64,000 bases of DNA from Pseudomonadota bacterium (GTDB taxonomy: Bacteria > Desulfobacterota > Binatia > Binatales > Binataceae), in the NCBI GenBank assembly GCA_021324885.1, contig JAJPIF010000029.1, positions 1,078 to 65,077 on the forward strand, given 5' to 3'. The notes under the pieces were generated by a model that worked only from the letters and a program-made list of their open reading frames with translations, had not been told where the DNA came from and did no database searches. Shown one piece after another: positions 19,400 to 29,738 of this stretch (position 1 is its first letter; every line of letters begins with the position of its first letter). Made by a program: the position numbers and the translations under genes.

Positions 19400-20431
19400 C
19401 TACTTGAGGCTTTCGAGGTAAGCGACCAACTGATCCAGCTCCTTGCCCCGCAGGCCCAAAGGCGGCATCTGCGCGCCCGGTTTCAGCGCCTCCGGATCTT
19501 CGATCCAGGCAGCCACGTTTGCCGGCGTATTGACGTAGATGCTGCCTGCAAAAGTGGTGCGGCTGCCGAAATGTGTCAGGTTCGGACCGATATAACCGGA
19601 CGACACGCCCTTGATAGCATGGCAGGTGGTGCAGGCGCTGGTCAAAAAGACGTGCTCGCCCGCTGCCGCCGCTCCCTGGTTGGCGTTACGCGGTCCGGAA
19701 GTCTGATTGGCCAGCCAGTTCGCGTAATCTACCGGCGTCTGGACGAAAATCCTGAATTTCATGTTGGCGTGTGACAGCCCGCAAAATTCCGCGCATTCAC
19801 CGATGTACTCGCCGGGGGTGTCAGGAGTAAAAGTCAGCTCGTTGACATGACCGGGGATCACGTCGCGCTTGCCGCCCATCCCGGGAACCCAGAAGCTGTG
19901 TATCACATCGGCGGAATTGAGCAGGAAGCGGGCGGGGCGGCCAACCGGTATATGCACCTCATCGGCCGTCTCGACGCCCAGACCAGGATAATCGAACTGC
20001 CACCACCATTGATGGGCGGTGACGTTGATGATGAGCGAATGCGGCGGCGGCGTCGCCGGTTGCGAACGGAAGACGATCCTCAGCGAGGGCACCGCGATAA
20101 ACAGGAGAATCAGCGCCGGGCCCGCGGTCCACGCGATTTCCAGCTCGATCGATTCCCCATGGGGCGGCGGCGGACCGGGTTGATCCTCCCGGGCGCGCGT
20201 CGAATAGCGGGTCAGGAGCAGGAAAATCAGGCCGCAGATCAGGGCCAGGATCAGGCTGTCCCACACGATGGTTTCGAGATAAACGCCCTGCACCCAATGA
20301 CCCAGGTCGGAGCGGGGAGCAAAGGTGCTGGCGGGGAAGTCCGCCGGATTGCAACCGGCCAGCAGCACGGGCATCGCGACCAGCGCGGCAAACTCAGCGC
20401 GCCGCAAATAGCTTTTCAGGTTGTTCACCAT
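19400..20431 (-). CDS. ctaC: Cytochrome c oxidase subunit II with C-terminal cytochrome c domain (caa3-type)
   Basis: CuA motif HSFWVP ... CAEFCGLSHANM; heme c CTTCH; start MVNNLKSY (ATG 20431) rather than the long track ORF. Confidence 0.9.
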   Translation of the reverse strand: MVNNLKSYLRRAEFAALVAMPVLLAGCNPADFPASTFAPRSDLGHWVQGVYLETIVWDSLILALICGLIFLLLTRYSTRAREDQPGPPPPHGESIELEIAWTAGPALILLFIAVPSLRIVFRSQPATPPPHSLIINVTAHQWWWQFDYPGLGVETADEVHIPVGRPARFLLNSADVIHSFWVPGMGGKRDVIPGHVNELTFTPDTPGEYIGECAEFCGLSHANMKFRIFVQTPVDYANWLANQTSGPRNANQGAAAAGEHVFLTSACTTCHAIKGVSSGYIGPNLTHFGSRTTFAGSIYVNTPANVAAWIEDPEALKPGAQMPPLGLRGKELDQLVAYLESLK

Positions 20432-20490
20432 ACTCCGACCCCGAGGGCTCAGGGCGCGCGCGCAAGGCAACGGGTTGGACAGGCAAAAGC

Positions 20491-21648
20491 TCATTCTCCA
20501 CCCCTTTCTTCCGCTGGCCGCAGCATGGCTGGCCATGGCAGCTCCCGCAGGGCGGGCATCGTGGTCAAGCCGAAGGCGCCCAGAAAGCCAAGCGTGATCA
20601 GCACTTCGATCCATCCAAAAGGAATGTGATTGCGCGATAGGGACGGCACGACCAGAACATAGCGTTCGATCCACATCCCGATCAGTCCGAAAACCGCGAC
20701 GGTCCCCAGGATACCGCGGGTACGTTTGGGTTTCTGTCCCATCAGCACGCAGAACGGCACCGCCCAGACCAGTCCAAAGGCGGTCCATCCAAGCGCACCC
20801 CAGGGAAGATAGTTGACCCGTGGCGCAACGAAGAAGGTCTCGGCCGGCATGTCGCCGTACCAGATGACAATATACTGCGCGAACAGCAGATAAACCCAGA
20901 ACACGGAGCAGGCGAAGAACAGCTTGCCGATATCGTGCAACGCATCGTGGTACCGATGTTTTTCTGCGTCGCTCACGTCGCGCCCGGTCACTGCCGAGAT
21001 AAGCGCCATCATAACGACGGCGCTCCAGAAGGCGCCGGTGAAAAAATACGCGCCGAACAATGTACTGTGCCATCGCGGGGCCAGCGACATCACCAGGTCA
21101 AACGCGATCAGGGTATAGATCGCCGCGAACGACAGCGTCATGAAGACGGCCGCCCGCCGAATTGGCGGTGGCGAATCTCCAATGTCGCCGGTGGATGCGG
21201 CCCATCGACGGACCTCTTCACGCCGCGAGACGCGAACAAACCAGTAGCTCAGGGCCGTGATAAAGAACAGCGCAGCACCGTCGCGGGCAAAGAAAAACGG
21301 AACGTTAAGCCAGTCCTTTTTTTCCGCCAGGGGATGGTCCACCCAGACGAACAGGACGTGCCGGCCCGCGTACAACGCCCAAAAGAGCAGGAAACTGAGG
21401 GGAAGAAAACCAAGGAAGGATTCTGCCAGGCGGTACAATTTCGCTCCGCCCCAGCGCGCATTGGCAAGATAAAAGGCCGCTGACGCGCAAATTCCGCCCT
21501 GCGCAATTCCCATCCAGAACAGCAGGTTGACCAGGAACACTTCCCAGACCCGCTGGGCCGAGCCGTCGGAAAGGCCGGCCACGAAGGCGGCGACCCCTAC
21601 GGCAACGGCGACTAACAACAAGAGAGTGATGCGACGGTCACCGTTCAT
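20491..21648 (-). CDS. actF: Alternative complex III subunit ActF (NrfD/PsrC-like membrane protein)
   Basis: ~10 TM NrfD-like protein last in act cluster; ATGA overlap with actE. Confidence 0.82.
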   Translation of the reverse strand: MNGDRRITLLLLVAVAVGVAAFVAGLSDGSAQRVWEVFLVNLLFWMGIAQGGICASAAFYLANARWGGAKLYRLAESFLGFLPLSFLLFWALYAGRHVLFVWVDHPLAEKKDWLNVPFFFARDGAALFFITALSYWFVRVSRREEVRRWAASTGDIGDSPPPIRRAAVFMTLSFAAIYTLIAFDLVMSLAPRWHSTLFGAYFFTGAFWSAVVMMALISAVTGRDVSDAEKHRYHDALHDIGKLFFACSVFWVYLLFAQYIVIWYGDMPAETFFVAPRVNYLPWGALGWTAFGLVWAVPFCVLMGQKPKRTRGILGTVAVFGLIGMWIERYVLVVPSLSRNHIPFGWIEVLITLGFLGAFGLTTMPALRELPWPAMLRPAEERGGE

Positions 21649-22226
21649 TTCGCGCTTACCTTCTGTGGAACCGGGTGAATCGGGCCTGCCTGTTGCGGAA
21701 CAGCGCGCGCCGCGTTTGCCTGCTGTTGGAGCGAGCGCACGTAGAGCACGACCTCCCATCGCTCGTGGGACGACATCGCATCACCATAACCGGGCATCAC
21801 GATGCTGCCGTTGCGAATCGTCGCGTAGATGTAGCCGTCGCTGCGCTGCGCCGCGACCCCGCTGGTGAGGTCGGCCGGCGGTAAACGCAAAAGGAAACCC
21901 ACCGGGCCGCCGCCGCGTCCGTCGTTGTTATGGCACACCGCGCAATTGGTATCGAAAAGGTCCTTGCCCGCGGCCAGCACCGCAGGCGTGGGCTTAAGTG
22001 GATTGTGCAGCGTGACTGCGGCAACCTCACGGCTCATCGGAGGGACTCCATTGATGGCGAGGGTGCCGGCGGGCATATTGCGCGGCGCTTCCGACAATGG
22101 CTGCACGGCCTCGCCGCGAAACATGTCAATACTCCAGGGAAATGCGCCGGCGCTATGCGCTGCAAGCAGCAGCCATGCGCAGACGACAAGACCGAGCCAC
22201 CACACCGGCGCTTCAGGCCGTTTCAC
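21645..22226 (-). CDS. actE: Alternative complex III subunit ActE (monoheme cytochrome c)
   Basis: Signal peptide; single CAVCH heme site; position after actD. Confidence 0.8.
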   Translation of the reverse strand: MKRPEAPVWWLGLVVCAWLLLAAHSAGAFPWSIDMFRGEAVQPLSEAPRNMPAGTLAINGVPPMSREVAAVTLHNPLKPTPAVLAAGKDLFDTNCAVCHNNDGRGGGPVGFLLRLPPADLTSGVAAQRSDGYIYATIRNGSIVMPGYGDAMSSHERWEVVLYVRSLQQQANAARAVPQQAGPIHPVPQKVSAK

Positions 22227-22725
22227 GTTCCACCTCCTCCGCGCCGGAATTTCTCAGCAGCGACTCCGCACGCCCCGTCTGATCGGGTCCGCAGGTCACC
22301 CATACGCCGAAGCGGTCGCCACTGAATCTTTCCGAGTATCCGATTTTCGACTCCGCCGCCGGCAAACGGCCGAACAGCAGGAATGCTGCGATACCGGACA
22401 GTCCGCCCAGCAGAATCATCAGCTCATAGGCGATTACAATGTAGGGTGTTATCGAAATAATCGGCTTTCCGCCGGCAACGTGCGGCCAGGTCAGCGAGGT
22501 GCCGATAGTCAGAGCGAATCCGCTCAGCGCACCCAGAATACCGCCGACGAGCACGAAAACCCGCACCGGACTTTTCTTGAGCGCCAGGGCTTCGAGCACT
22601 CTGTCACTGGGAATCGGAGAGAAAACCTCCAGCTTCGAGTAGCCGGCCCGCCGAAGGCTTTCGATTCCCTCGGCGCATTCCTCTTCGTCCGTGAATACTC
22701 CCAATATCCGAACCGGATCGCTCAT
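22213..22725 (-). CDS. actD: Alternative complex III subunit ActD
   Basis: Soluble N-terminal domain plus two TM helices; ATGA overlap with actC stop (start MSDPVRIL). Confidence 0.7.
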   Translation of the reverse strand: MSDPVRILGVFTDEEECAEGIESLRRAGYSKLEVFSPIPSDRVLEALALKKSPVRVFVLVGGILGALSGFALTIGTSLTWPHVAGGKPIISITPYIVIAYELMILLGGLSGIAAFLLFGRLPAAESKIGYSERFSGDRFGVWVTCGPDQTGRAESLLRNSGAEEVERETA

Positions 22726-24068
22726 GCTGCCTCCGCGGATTCCTGGCGCAGCGCCTGCCGCAGCCATCGCAGTCCTTCCTTCAACTCGGTCGTCGAAATA
22801 ATCGGCAGGAAGCGGGCGAACAAACTGAACATCATCAGGAAAAAGGCGAAAGTGCCGGCAGTGAGGCTGGCTTCGGTGACGCTCGGAGTGTGGAATCCCC
22901 ACTGCGAAGGCATGAAATTAGTAGCCAGCGATCCGGCAATAATCACGTAGCGTTCCAGCCACATGCCCACATTGATCAACAAGGAGATGATGAACAGCAG
23001 CGTGAGATTGCGCCGGACCTTGGCCGAAAATAGCAGCAGCGGCACGATGCAATTACAGAAGACCATCAGCCAGAACAGGTATCCGTAAGGCCCGAAGTAA
23101 CGTTCATGGAAAGTCATTACTTCAAACGGGTCCTTGCTGTACCAGGCCATCCATGACTCGACCAGATACGAGTAAGTAACTATCAGGGAGGTGAACAGAA
23201 CGATTCGCGCCAGGTTATCGATGTGCCATGGCGTAATCAGGTCTTCCAGGTCGAGCCATTTGCGCACCGGGATCATGAGCGTCAAGACCATCGCGCAGCC
23301 TGAGAAAATCGCACCGGCGACGAAATAGGGGGCGAAGATCGTGCTGTGCCATCCGGGAAGCTGCGCCATTGCGAAGTCCCACGACACCACGCTGTGAACC
23401 GAGATGACAAGCGGCGTGGCCAATCCGGCCAACAGCAGGTAGACGCCCTTGTAATGGCGCCATTGATCGTCCGATCCCTGCCACCCCAAACACACCAGTC
23501 CATAGAAGAACTTGCGCCATCCGGTGGATTCATCCCGCGCCGTGGCCACGTCAGGAATCAATCCCATGAACAGGAACAGGATACTGATGGTCAGGTAGGT
23601 GCTGACCGCAAACGCGTCCCAGACCAGCGGCGAGCGGAAATCAGGCTGCAGCCAGCGTTCGTTGGGGTAAGGCAACAGCCAATAGAAAAACCATACGCGC
23701 CCCAGATGCATCAACGGACACAATCCCGCGGTCATTACCGCGAACGCCGTCATGGTTTCGGCGATACGGTAAACGGCGGTCCGCCAGCGGCTGCGAAACA
23801 GATACAGAATCGCGGAGATCAGGGTGCCGGAGTGGGCGATTCCGACCCAAAAGACGAAATTGGTGATGTACATCGCCCACATGTTGGGCTGTTTCAGGTT
23901 GGTTACGCCCAGACCGTTGTAAATCTGATTCACCCAGCACAAACCGGCCCAGACCACGACGGTAAACAGAAAGCCGATCCAAACCCAGTATTTCCACCCC
24001 GGCCACTCCAGGGTGCGCATCACCGTGCGGTCGATCTCGTGATAATCAGGCTGAGGGACGGCAGCCAC
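22722..24068 (-). CDS. actC: Alternative complex III subunit ActC (NrfD/PsrC-like quinol-interacting membrane subunit)
   Basis: 448 aa polytopic NrfD-family; immediately follows actB. Confidence 0.87.
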   Translation of the reverse strand: MAAVPQPDYHEIDRTVMRTLEWPGWKYWVWIGFLFTVVVWAGLCWVNQIYNGLGVTNLKQPNMWAMYITNFVFWVGIAHSGTLISAILYLFRSRWRTAVYRIAETMTAFAVMTAGLCPLMHLGRVWFFYWLLPYPNERWLQPDFRSPLVWDAFAVSTYLTISILFLFMGLIPDVATARDESTGWRKFFYGLVCLGWQGSDDQWRHYKGVYLLLAGLATPLVISVHSVVSWDFAMAQLPGWHSTIFAPYFVAGAIFSGCAMVLTLMIPVRKWLDLEDLITPWHIDNLARIVLFTSLIVTYSYLVESWMAWYSKDPFEVMTFHERYFGPYGYLFWLMVFCNCIVPLLLFSAKVRRNLTLLFIISLLINVGMWLERYVIIAGSLATNFMPSQWGFHTPSVTEASLTAGTFAFFLMMFSLFARFLPIISTTELKEGLRWLRQALRQESAEAA

Positions 24069-26984
24069 TTAGACTTCTCCTCTCGGTCTGTAAACCTGGC
24101 GCAAATAAGTTATCGCCGGCAGGGTATTGAGCGGCTCCAGCGCCTTGTAGACGCGAATCTCGTGCTCGCGCCGCCGCTTCATCATCGCGCTGTCAGGATC
24201 TTTCATGTCGCCGAAGGTAATCGCGCGGCTGGGGCAGGCCTCGGCACAAGCCGGAACTATCTCGCCGTCGCGTACGTTGCGGTTCTCGGTGAGCGCCTGG
24301 ATTTCTCCGAAACGGATCCGCTGGACGCAGAACGTGCACTTTTCCATCACGCCGGCGCCGCGCACGGTGACGTCGGGGTTGAGTTGCAGGTTGAGCGGTT
24401 TGGGCCATGCCGGCTTGAACCAGTTGAAATGCCGGACCTTGTAAGGACAGTTGTTTTCGCAGTACCGGGTGCCAATACAGCGGTTGTACACCTGGAGATT
24501 GAGCCCTTCATTGCTGTGCACCGCGGCAAACACCGGGCATACCGGTTCACAGGGGGCATGCGAGCATTGCTGACATAACATCGGCATCGTCAGCAGCGTC
24601 GGCGAATCAGCGGTCTCGGGCAAGTAGCGCTCCAGCCGGATCCATTGCATGATATGACCGCGCCTGACTTCTTCCTTGCCCACGAAGGGAACGTTGTTTT
24701 CCGCGTAGCAGGCGGCGATACATGCGCCGCATCCGGTGCAGGCGTTCAAGTCGATAGTCATTCCCCATTCGTGCTTCGGATAGACTACCGGCTGATACAG
24801 CTCCGACGGAGAGGGGTACGGCTCTTCCCACGGCTGCGGCTTCTCCCCGCGTTGAAATTCGGCCAGCGTCATGGTCTCCACGATCGGCCGGTTGTACATA
24901 TCTCCCGTGTAGACGGGACTGACAAGTTCGCGCTGGCCGACGCCACGGTTGTATTTGATCGCAATAGTCAGCCGCCCCGGCGGCAGCACCGCCCATGGGT
25001 TGGCGCCGCGGTTGCGCGCATAGCGGCCATAACTCGTGTGTCCCTGCCCGATCGGCACCGCAATGGCGGCAGGATGGACACCAGTGGTAATGTGCACGGG
25101 CACTTCGATCGTGCCCAGCGGCGAAGTGAGCTGGATTAGATCGTTCTTGTTGACGTTGAGCCGCTTCGCCGTATCAGGATGGACTTCGGCCCACGAATCC
25201 CAGACGATCTGGCTGACCGGTTCAGCAATTTCCTGCAGCCACGGTTTGTCGGCACCGCTGCCGTCATAGAGATAAGGATGGGGAAACGCGTTGAGTATCA
25301 GCTCCGCGCCCTCGAGGTCTTCGGGCAACTTGATTGCACTCTGAGAAAAGGCGGGCTGCAATTTAACTGCGGCGGGTTTGACGTTGGTAAAATAACCGCC
25401 CTCGCGCAGTGCCTGATCCCAGAACGCGTCGAAACCTTCGGCCCCCACGTGGTTCTTGAATCTTTGCTGCCAGAACGCCCGCACCGCATCCTGCGTATTT
25501 TCAAATGGAAGAGCGGACGCTTTGGGCGCCGCTGCGCGCGCGGTCTCGATCAGGATGTCGCCCAGCGGTTTGCTGTATACCACCCGGGTCATGGTGGGCT
25601 GGCGCAAACCGTAAACTCCCGGACGCGCGCATGTATCGCCCCAATCTTCGACCCAGTGATTGACAGGCAGCAGCAGATGCGCGAGCTGGGCGGTCTCGTC
25701 CGGGACATTGCCGCACCACACCACCAGCGGCACCTTACGTAAGGCCTCGCCGAAATGCACCTGGGGCGACGCGGAGAACTGGGGATTGGTATTCGCGATC
25801 AATGCGACCTTGATCTTGCCGTCGTGCATCGCTTGGACGGCGACATCAAGATTTTGCGCCGGCGCACCGGCCGGGGTTTCAGGTTCGTACAGATCGACGG
25901 TCTTGCCCAGATTGCCGGTGGCCGCGTTAAGCAGCCAGGCGGCAACGTGCGCCGCCTCGTCATCGCTGCCGGCCAAAGCCACAGCACCGTCAGCCTGACC
26001 GAATTGTTGCGCCATCTTTTCGATGGTCTCGGCCCTGATGCCCGCCTTGGTGGCAACCGCGGCCGGATCGAAGGGCGCCACCAGATTGCGCAGGGCCTGC
26101 ATGTCCAGTCCGGGAGCAGGATGAGCCAGGCCTTTATCGAGAATCACTCTCAGGATGGCCAATCCGACGGCCGCCTCGTAGGCCGGATGGCAAGGCAGGA
26201 AGTAGTCGCATTTGGCGGCGGTGATGCTCATCCGGGGACCGACGTAATACGCCAGTCCGAATTTGGCGTTGGCGCCCGGATTTACCGGGGTATGAAAAAC
26301 GGCGTACTGGCGCGCCAGTTCCACGGGCGATCCCCAGGTCTCAAGAAAATCGGCGCGCAGCGAGAGCAGTACCTCGGCCCGATCGATATGATAAGCAGGG
26401 ACGAATTCCCGACCGAAACACAATTGCATGGCCGCGCGTTGCTGCGCGCCATCGAGCGGCGCATAAGCCACGCGCATGCGGGAATTAAGCGCGCCTATCC
26501 ATTGCTCAACCATCCACTCGTGAGCCGGACCCATCGGCGGTCCGATAAACGCGATCTGATCGGAGCCGGCGGCGGCCTCACGCAGGGCCTTGTTGATCTG
26601 GCCCATCGCCGCGTCCCAGGGAATCGGATTGATAAGTCCGTCGGCGCCGCGCCGATGGGGCCGCTGCAGACGATCGGGATTGTAAAGACCCTGTAAGGCG
26701 GCCTGACCACGGGCGCACGACGCGCCCTGACTGATCGGATCGACGGGGTTGCCTTCCAGTTTGATTACCCGGCCTTCGCGCACGCGCGCGACCACGCCGC
26801 AGCCCGCCGCGCATTCGTTGCACGAGGAGGCAAAGAACGCCGGCGTTCCCGGGATGACGTCGTCGTCGGGTATGACGTAGGGAATCAGATGGCGGGCGGC
26901 AGGTTTGCACCCGGGAACCGCGGCGGCGGCGCCGCTGGCGGCGGCCAGCTTCAGAAATGAGCGTCTGGATACTTCAACCGGCAT
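24069..26984 (-). CDS. actB: Alternative complex III subunit ActB (fused molybdopterin-like and 4Fe-4S domains, Tat signal)
   Basis: Tat motif SRRSFLKLAAASGAAAA; CISM-like domain then multiple Cys clusters (CTGCGACIAAC, CxxCxxxCP). Confidence 0.9.
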   Translation of the reverse strand: MPVEVSRRSFLKLAAASGAAAAVPGCKPAARHLIPYVIPDDDVIPGTPAFFASSCNECAAGCGVVARVREGRVIKLEGNPVDPISQGASCARGQAALQGLYNPDRLQRPHRRGADGLINPIPWDAAMGQINKALREAAAGSDQIAFIGPPMGPAHEWMVEQWIGALNSRMRVAYAPLDGAQQRAAMQLCFGREFVPAYHIDRAEVLLSLRADFLETWGSPVELARQYAVFHTPVNPGANAKFGLAYYVGPRMSITAAKCDYFLPCHPAYEAAVGLAILRVILDKGLAHPAPGLDMQALRNLVAPFDPAAVATKAGIRAETIEKMAQQFGQADGAVALAGSDDEAAHVAAWLLNAATGNLGKTVDLYEPETPAGAPAQNLDVAVQAMHDGKIKVALIANTNPQFSASPQVHFGEALRKVPLVVWCGNVPDETAQLAHLLLPVNHWVEDWGDTCARPGVYGLRQPTMTRVVYSKPLGDILIETARAAAPKASALPFENTQDAVRAFWQQRFKNHVGAEGFDAFWDQALREGGYFTNVKPAAVKLQPAFSQSAIKLPEDLEGAELILNAFPHPYLYDGSGADKPWLQEIAEPVSQIVWDSWAEVHPDTAKRLNVNKNDLIQLTSPLGTIEVPVHITTGVHPAAIAVPIGQGHTSYGRYARNRGANPWAVLPPGRLTIAIKYNRGVGQRELVSPVYTGDMYNRPIVETMTLAEFQRGEKPQPWEEPYPSPSELYQPVVYPKHEWGMTIDLNACTGCGACIAACYAENNVPFVGKEEVRRGHIMQWIRLERYLPETADSPTLLTMPMLCQQCSHAPCEPVCPVFAAVHSNEGLNLQVYNRCIGTRYCENNCPYKVRHFNWFKPAWPKPLNLQLNPDVTVRGAGVMEKCTFCVQRIRFGEIQALTENRNVRDGEIVPACAEACPSRAITFGDMKDPDSAMMKRRREHEIRVYKALEPLNTLPAITYLRQVYRPRGEV

Positions 26985-26996
26985 TCGGTGTTGACC

Positions 26997-27512
26997 TTAG
27001 TAATGGCAAGTCGAGCACTCGATGCTGACGTGCCTCTGTGTATGGCAGTTGAGACAAAAACCCATATTTATCTCGTATACTGGAGTAACCCGATCCATGG
27101 TCTCGACCGGGCCATGACAGCGCTGACAAGCGATGCCGGCGTGAATGTGTGGCGAGTGATAAAAGCGCACGAAATCGGGCAGAGTATAAACGCGATTCCA
27201 GCGCACGTCGAAGGCCGCCTGCTCATGATCGATCCATGGCTTGTCCACCGGATGCAGCGCGAACTGCTGCGCCAGACTGGCATGACAGCCAACGCAGCGC
27301 TCTATCGGCGGCACTCCTGAATTTTCCGATCGGCGCGCGTATTCATGGCAGTACTGGCAGGGGATGTGACGGATCCCGGCGTGAATACGATGGCTGAAGG
27401 GGATCGGCTGGACCACATCGGAACGCGCCAGCCATGGCCGTTGCGAAAGCAGGGCCATCGAGATTCCGCCGATCAGGATCAGGACCGCTACACCTATCGC
27501 GCCGTACTTCAT
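26997..27512 (-). CDS. actA: Alternative complex III subunit ActA (pentaheme cytochrome c)
   Basis: Five CxxCH motifs (CQYCH, CVGCH, CQRCH, CLNCH, CSTCH); N-terminal TM anchor. Confidence 0.88.
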   Translation of the reverse strand: MKYGAIGVAVLILIGGISMALLSQRPWLARSDVVQPIPFSHRIHAGIRHIPCQYCHEYARRSENSGVPPIERCVGCHASLAQQFALHPVDKPWIDHEQAAFDVRWNRVYTLPDFVRFYHSPHIHAGIACQRCHGPVETMDRVTPVYEINMGFCLNCHTQRHVSIECSTCHY

Positions 27513-28138
27513 TTGTCAGTATTGCCTTGATCGCCCGTACTGGCCTGACCCTCGGGAACGACCTGACCTTCCAGTTCAGGAGTATTGCCCAGCGGAGCCG
27601 GCAGCAGATGCGCAACCGCACCGGGCTGCTCCGCGCGAGCCTGGAGTTTGGCCAGCGACATGCGCATCGCCGACTCCTGATCGAGCGGCTGACCGTTTAC
27701 CGCCATCCCATTGGCGTTGAGCAGGTAGGAGATAACGTCCCAGTAATCTTCGGCAGTGAGACTGGCGGGTTGATCCGCAGGCATCACCGCGGAGGCAAAT
27801 TCATAAATGTCCTGCACCGTGTGGAATTGAAAATGGCGCATTTTCTGATATGCGCGCGGATCCACCGGAAACGCGGTCGGCCCAATCAAGGGCGGCGCCG
27901 TCATCCCGCGATATATGTCCCGGATACCTTCACCGGACGGCCCGTGACATCGCGCGCACTGGAGGCGAAAGATCTCGCGCCCTTTGCTCACCTGTTCGGC
28001 GGTAAATGCCCGGGCTGACGCCAGGGCAGAGAGGACCAGGCCGACAGTTGCCACCACCACCAGACTCGTGCGAAGGGCCGTGCGCCGAGCGGGGAGGTAT
28101 TCGAGCGTCTTATGCGTACAGGTTTTTATGATAAGCAT
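27509..28138 (-). CDS. Monoheme c-type cytochrome, first gene of the ACIII operon
   Basis: Signal peptide, single CARCH; ATGA overlap with actA start. Confidence 0.78.
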   Translation of the reverse strand: MLIIKTCTHKTLEYLPARRTALRTSLVVVATVGLVLSALASARAFTAEQVSKGREIFRLQCARCHGPSGEGIRDIYRGMTAPPLIGPTAFPVDPRAYQKMRHFQFHTVQDIYEFASAVMPADQPASLTAEDYWDVISYLLNANGMAVNGQPLDQESAMRMSLAKLQARAEQPGAVAHLLPAPLGNTPELEGQVVPEGQASTGDQGNTDK

Positions 28139-28736
28139 GTCTTCCTATTAATGGACGATGTGCGATACGAAGCAAGAACTTTTTCCGGTCGTCGTGAAAA
28201 AACCGGTCGAGCGGGTGGAAACCGTATCATTTTGAACGCGCGCATGTGCATCCATCCAGGCGGATCCCGGTTGCCCTCAACAAACGGAAATCAGGGGTTC
28301 TGGGTTCCGGTTAGCGGCCGTTCCCATCGGTCGGCTTAACAATCCAATTGGCTCGCAGTCCGGAGCAATACGGTCAGTCCCCTCGGAGCGCGATAAATGC
28401 GGATCGTCAAACCGCCGCAACGCGCTCCGCGGAGCGCTCGGCCGATGGTTATGTACCCCATTGCGGCTCCGATCACAAACGAAATCACCGCTTCGGCTCA
28501 AGCGAAACGGTTGCGATAATTGCCCGGCATCGGAGCCGAATGACATTTGTAACCAAGTTAGTAATAATGCGGTTAACCAGAAAAAAACCAAGTATAGAGA
28601 TTGAGTAATTCGAATCCGGCCGCCACCGATTGCCAAAGCCTCAGCCCGTCTCTCGAACCAATCAATCGATCGAGCAGTACAATCCATCGCGGTTAACAAC
28701 CTCGCCCCACCGTGCCTCTTAAACCGTGATGCCCGT

Positions 28737-29705
28737 TCAGGAGAAAGCCTCGAGCACCGCGCGCACGCCGCGGTCATAGCTGCCCTCGATCGGGACCGGA
28801 TAGAGCAGAACCCAGGAGGCGCCCGCGCGCTCGAACTCTTCGAGCTTTTTCCTGCAATCCTGCGCACTGCCCATTGCCGCAATCTCTTCAGCCATATGGT
28901 CGGAAACCGCCGCGGCGGCTCCCGCCATATTGCCGCTGCTCGCCGCGTTCATGATGCCCTCGGCTTCGCGCACAAAGCCCTGGCGCGCGAACAGGCGGTT
29001 GTAGAATGGCATCGAACCATACATCGCGAGGGTGCTCTTGACCGACTTCATCGCCACCGCCCGATCGGTGCATACGCAGCAATGCATAATCAGCGCGATT
29101 GCCACTTGCCCGCTATCGCGGCCGGCGCGCTGCGCGCCGCTTTTGATGCCGTCCACCACTTCGCTCAAACCACGAGGACCATAATTCAGTGGCAGACTGC
29201 CATCGGCAATCTCCCCCGTCAACCGGATACTGCCCGGGGAAATGCCCGCGATGTAAACGGAAATTCTGCCTTCCGCCCTGGGCGGCGTGAATCCGGGACG
29301 ATTGATTAGCGGCTCTCCCGCAAAGGCTTTGCGCAAGGTCGCGACGCAATTTCGCAACGCCGCCAGCGGCTTGTCCATGCTGATTCCATAAGCCGCATTG
29401 ACCGGCTGATGACTGGTGCCGAGGCCCAGCAGCAGGCGTCCCGGCGCCAACGCGTCGATGGTCATCGCGTGGCCGGCCAGCAGCGACGGGTGACGGGTGT
29501 AGATATTCGCGATCCCGGTACCGACCTCGATGCGCCTGGTAATCGACGCGATATGCTGAGCGACGGCCAGTGAGTCAGTGGCCGGCGTTTCCGTTACCAA
29601 AAAGCTGCGCAGGCCAATCTCTTCGGCCGTTTTGGCATATCCGCAAACGCGGCTTAAATTGTCCTTGCCGCCGCCGGCCATCACCAGAATTCCAGGTGTC
29701 CGCAT
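28737..29705 (-). CDS. LLM-class (luciferase-like) flavin/F420-dependent oxidoreductase
   Basis: TIM-barrel LLM pattern; paralogs at 36732 and 63601. Confidence 0.82.
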   Translation of the reverse strand: MRTPGILVMAGGGKDNLSRVCGYAKTAEEIGLRSFLVTETPATDSLAVAQHIASITRRIEVGTGIANIYTRHPSLLAGHAMTIDALAPGRLLLGLGTSHQPVNAAYGISMDKPLAALRNCVATLRKAFAGEPLINRPGFTPPRAEGRISVYIAGISPGSIRLTGEIADGSLPLNYGPRGLSEVVDGIKSGAQRAGRDSGQVAIALIMHCCVCTDRAVAMKSVKSTLAMYGSMPFYNRLFARQGFVREAEGIMNAASSGNMAGAAAAVSDHMAEEIAAMGSAQDCRKKLEEFERAGASWVLLYPVPIEGSYDRGVRAVLEAFS

Positions 29706-29738
29706 TGGCCTTGCCTCCTGTGCCGTTAAGGCACCCGG

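Noticed and set aside
28596-28632. TTCGAATCC motif resembling a tRNA T-loop in the long intergenic region upstream of the ACIII operon
   Set aside because: No 5-bp T-stem flanks it, and no acceptor, D or anticodon arms can be drawn on either strand; likely coincidental.
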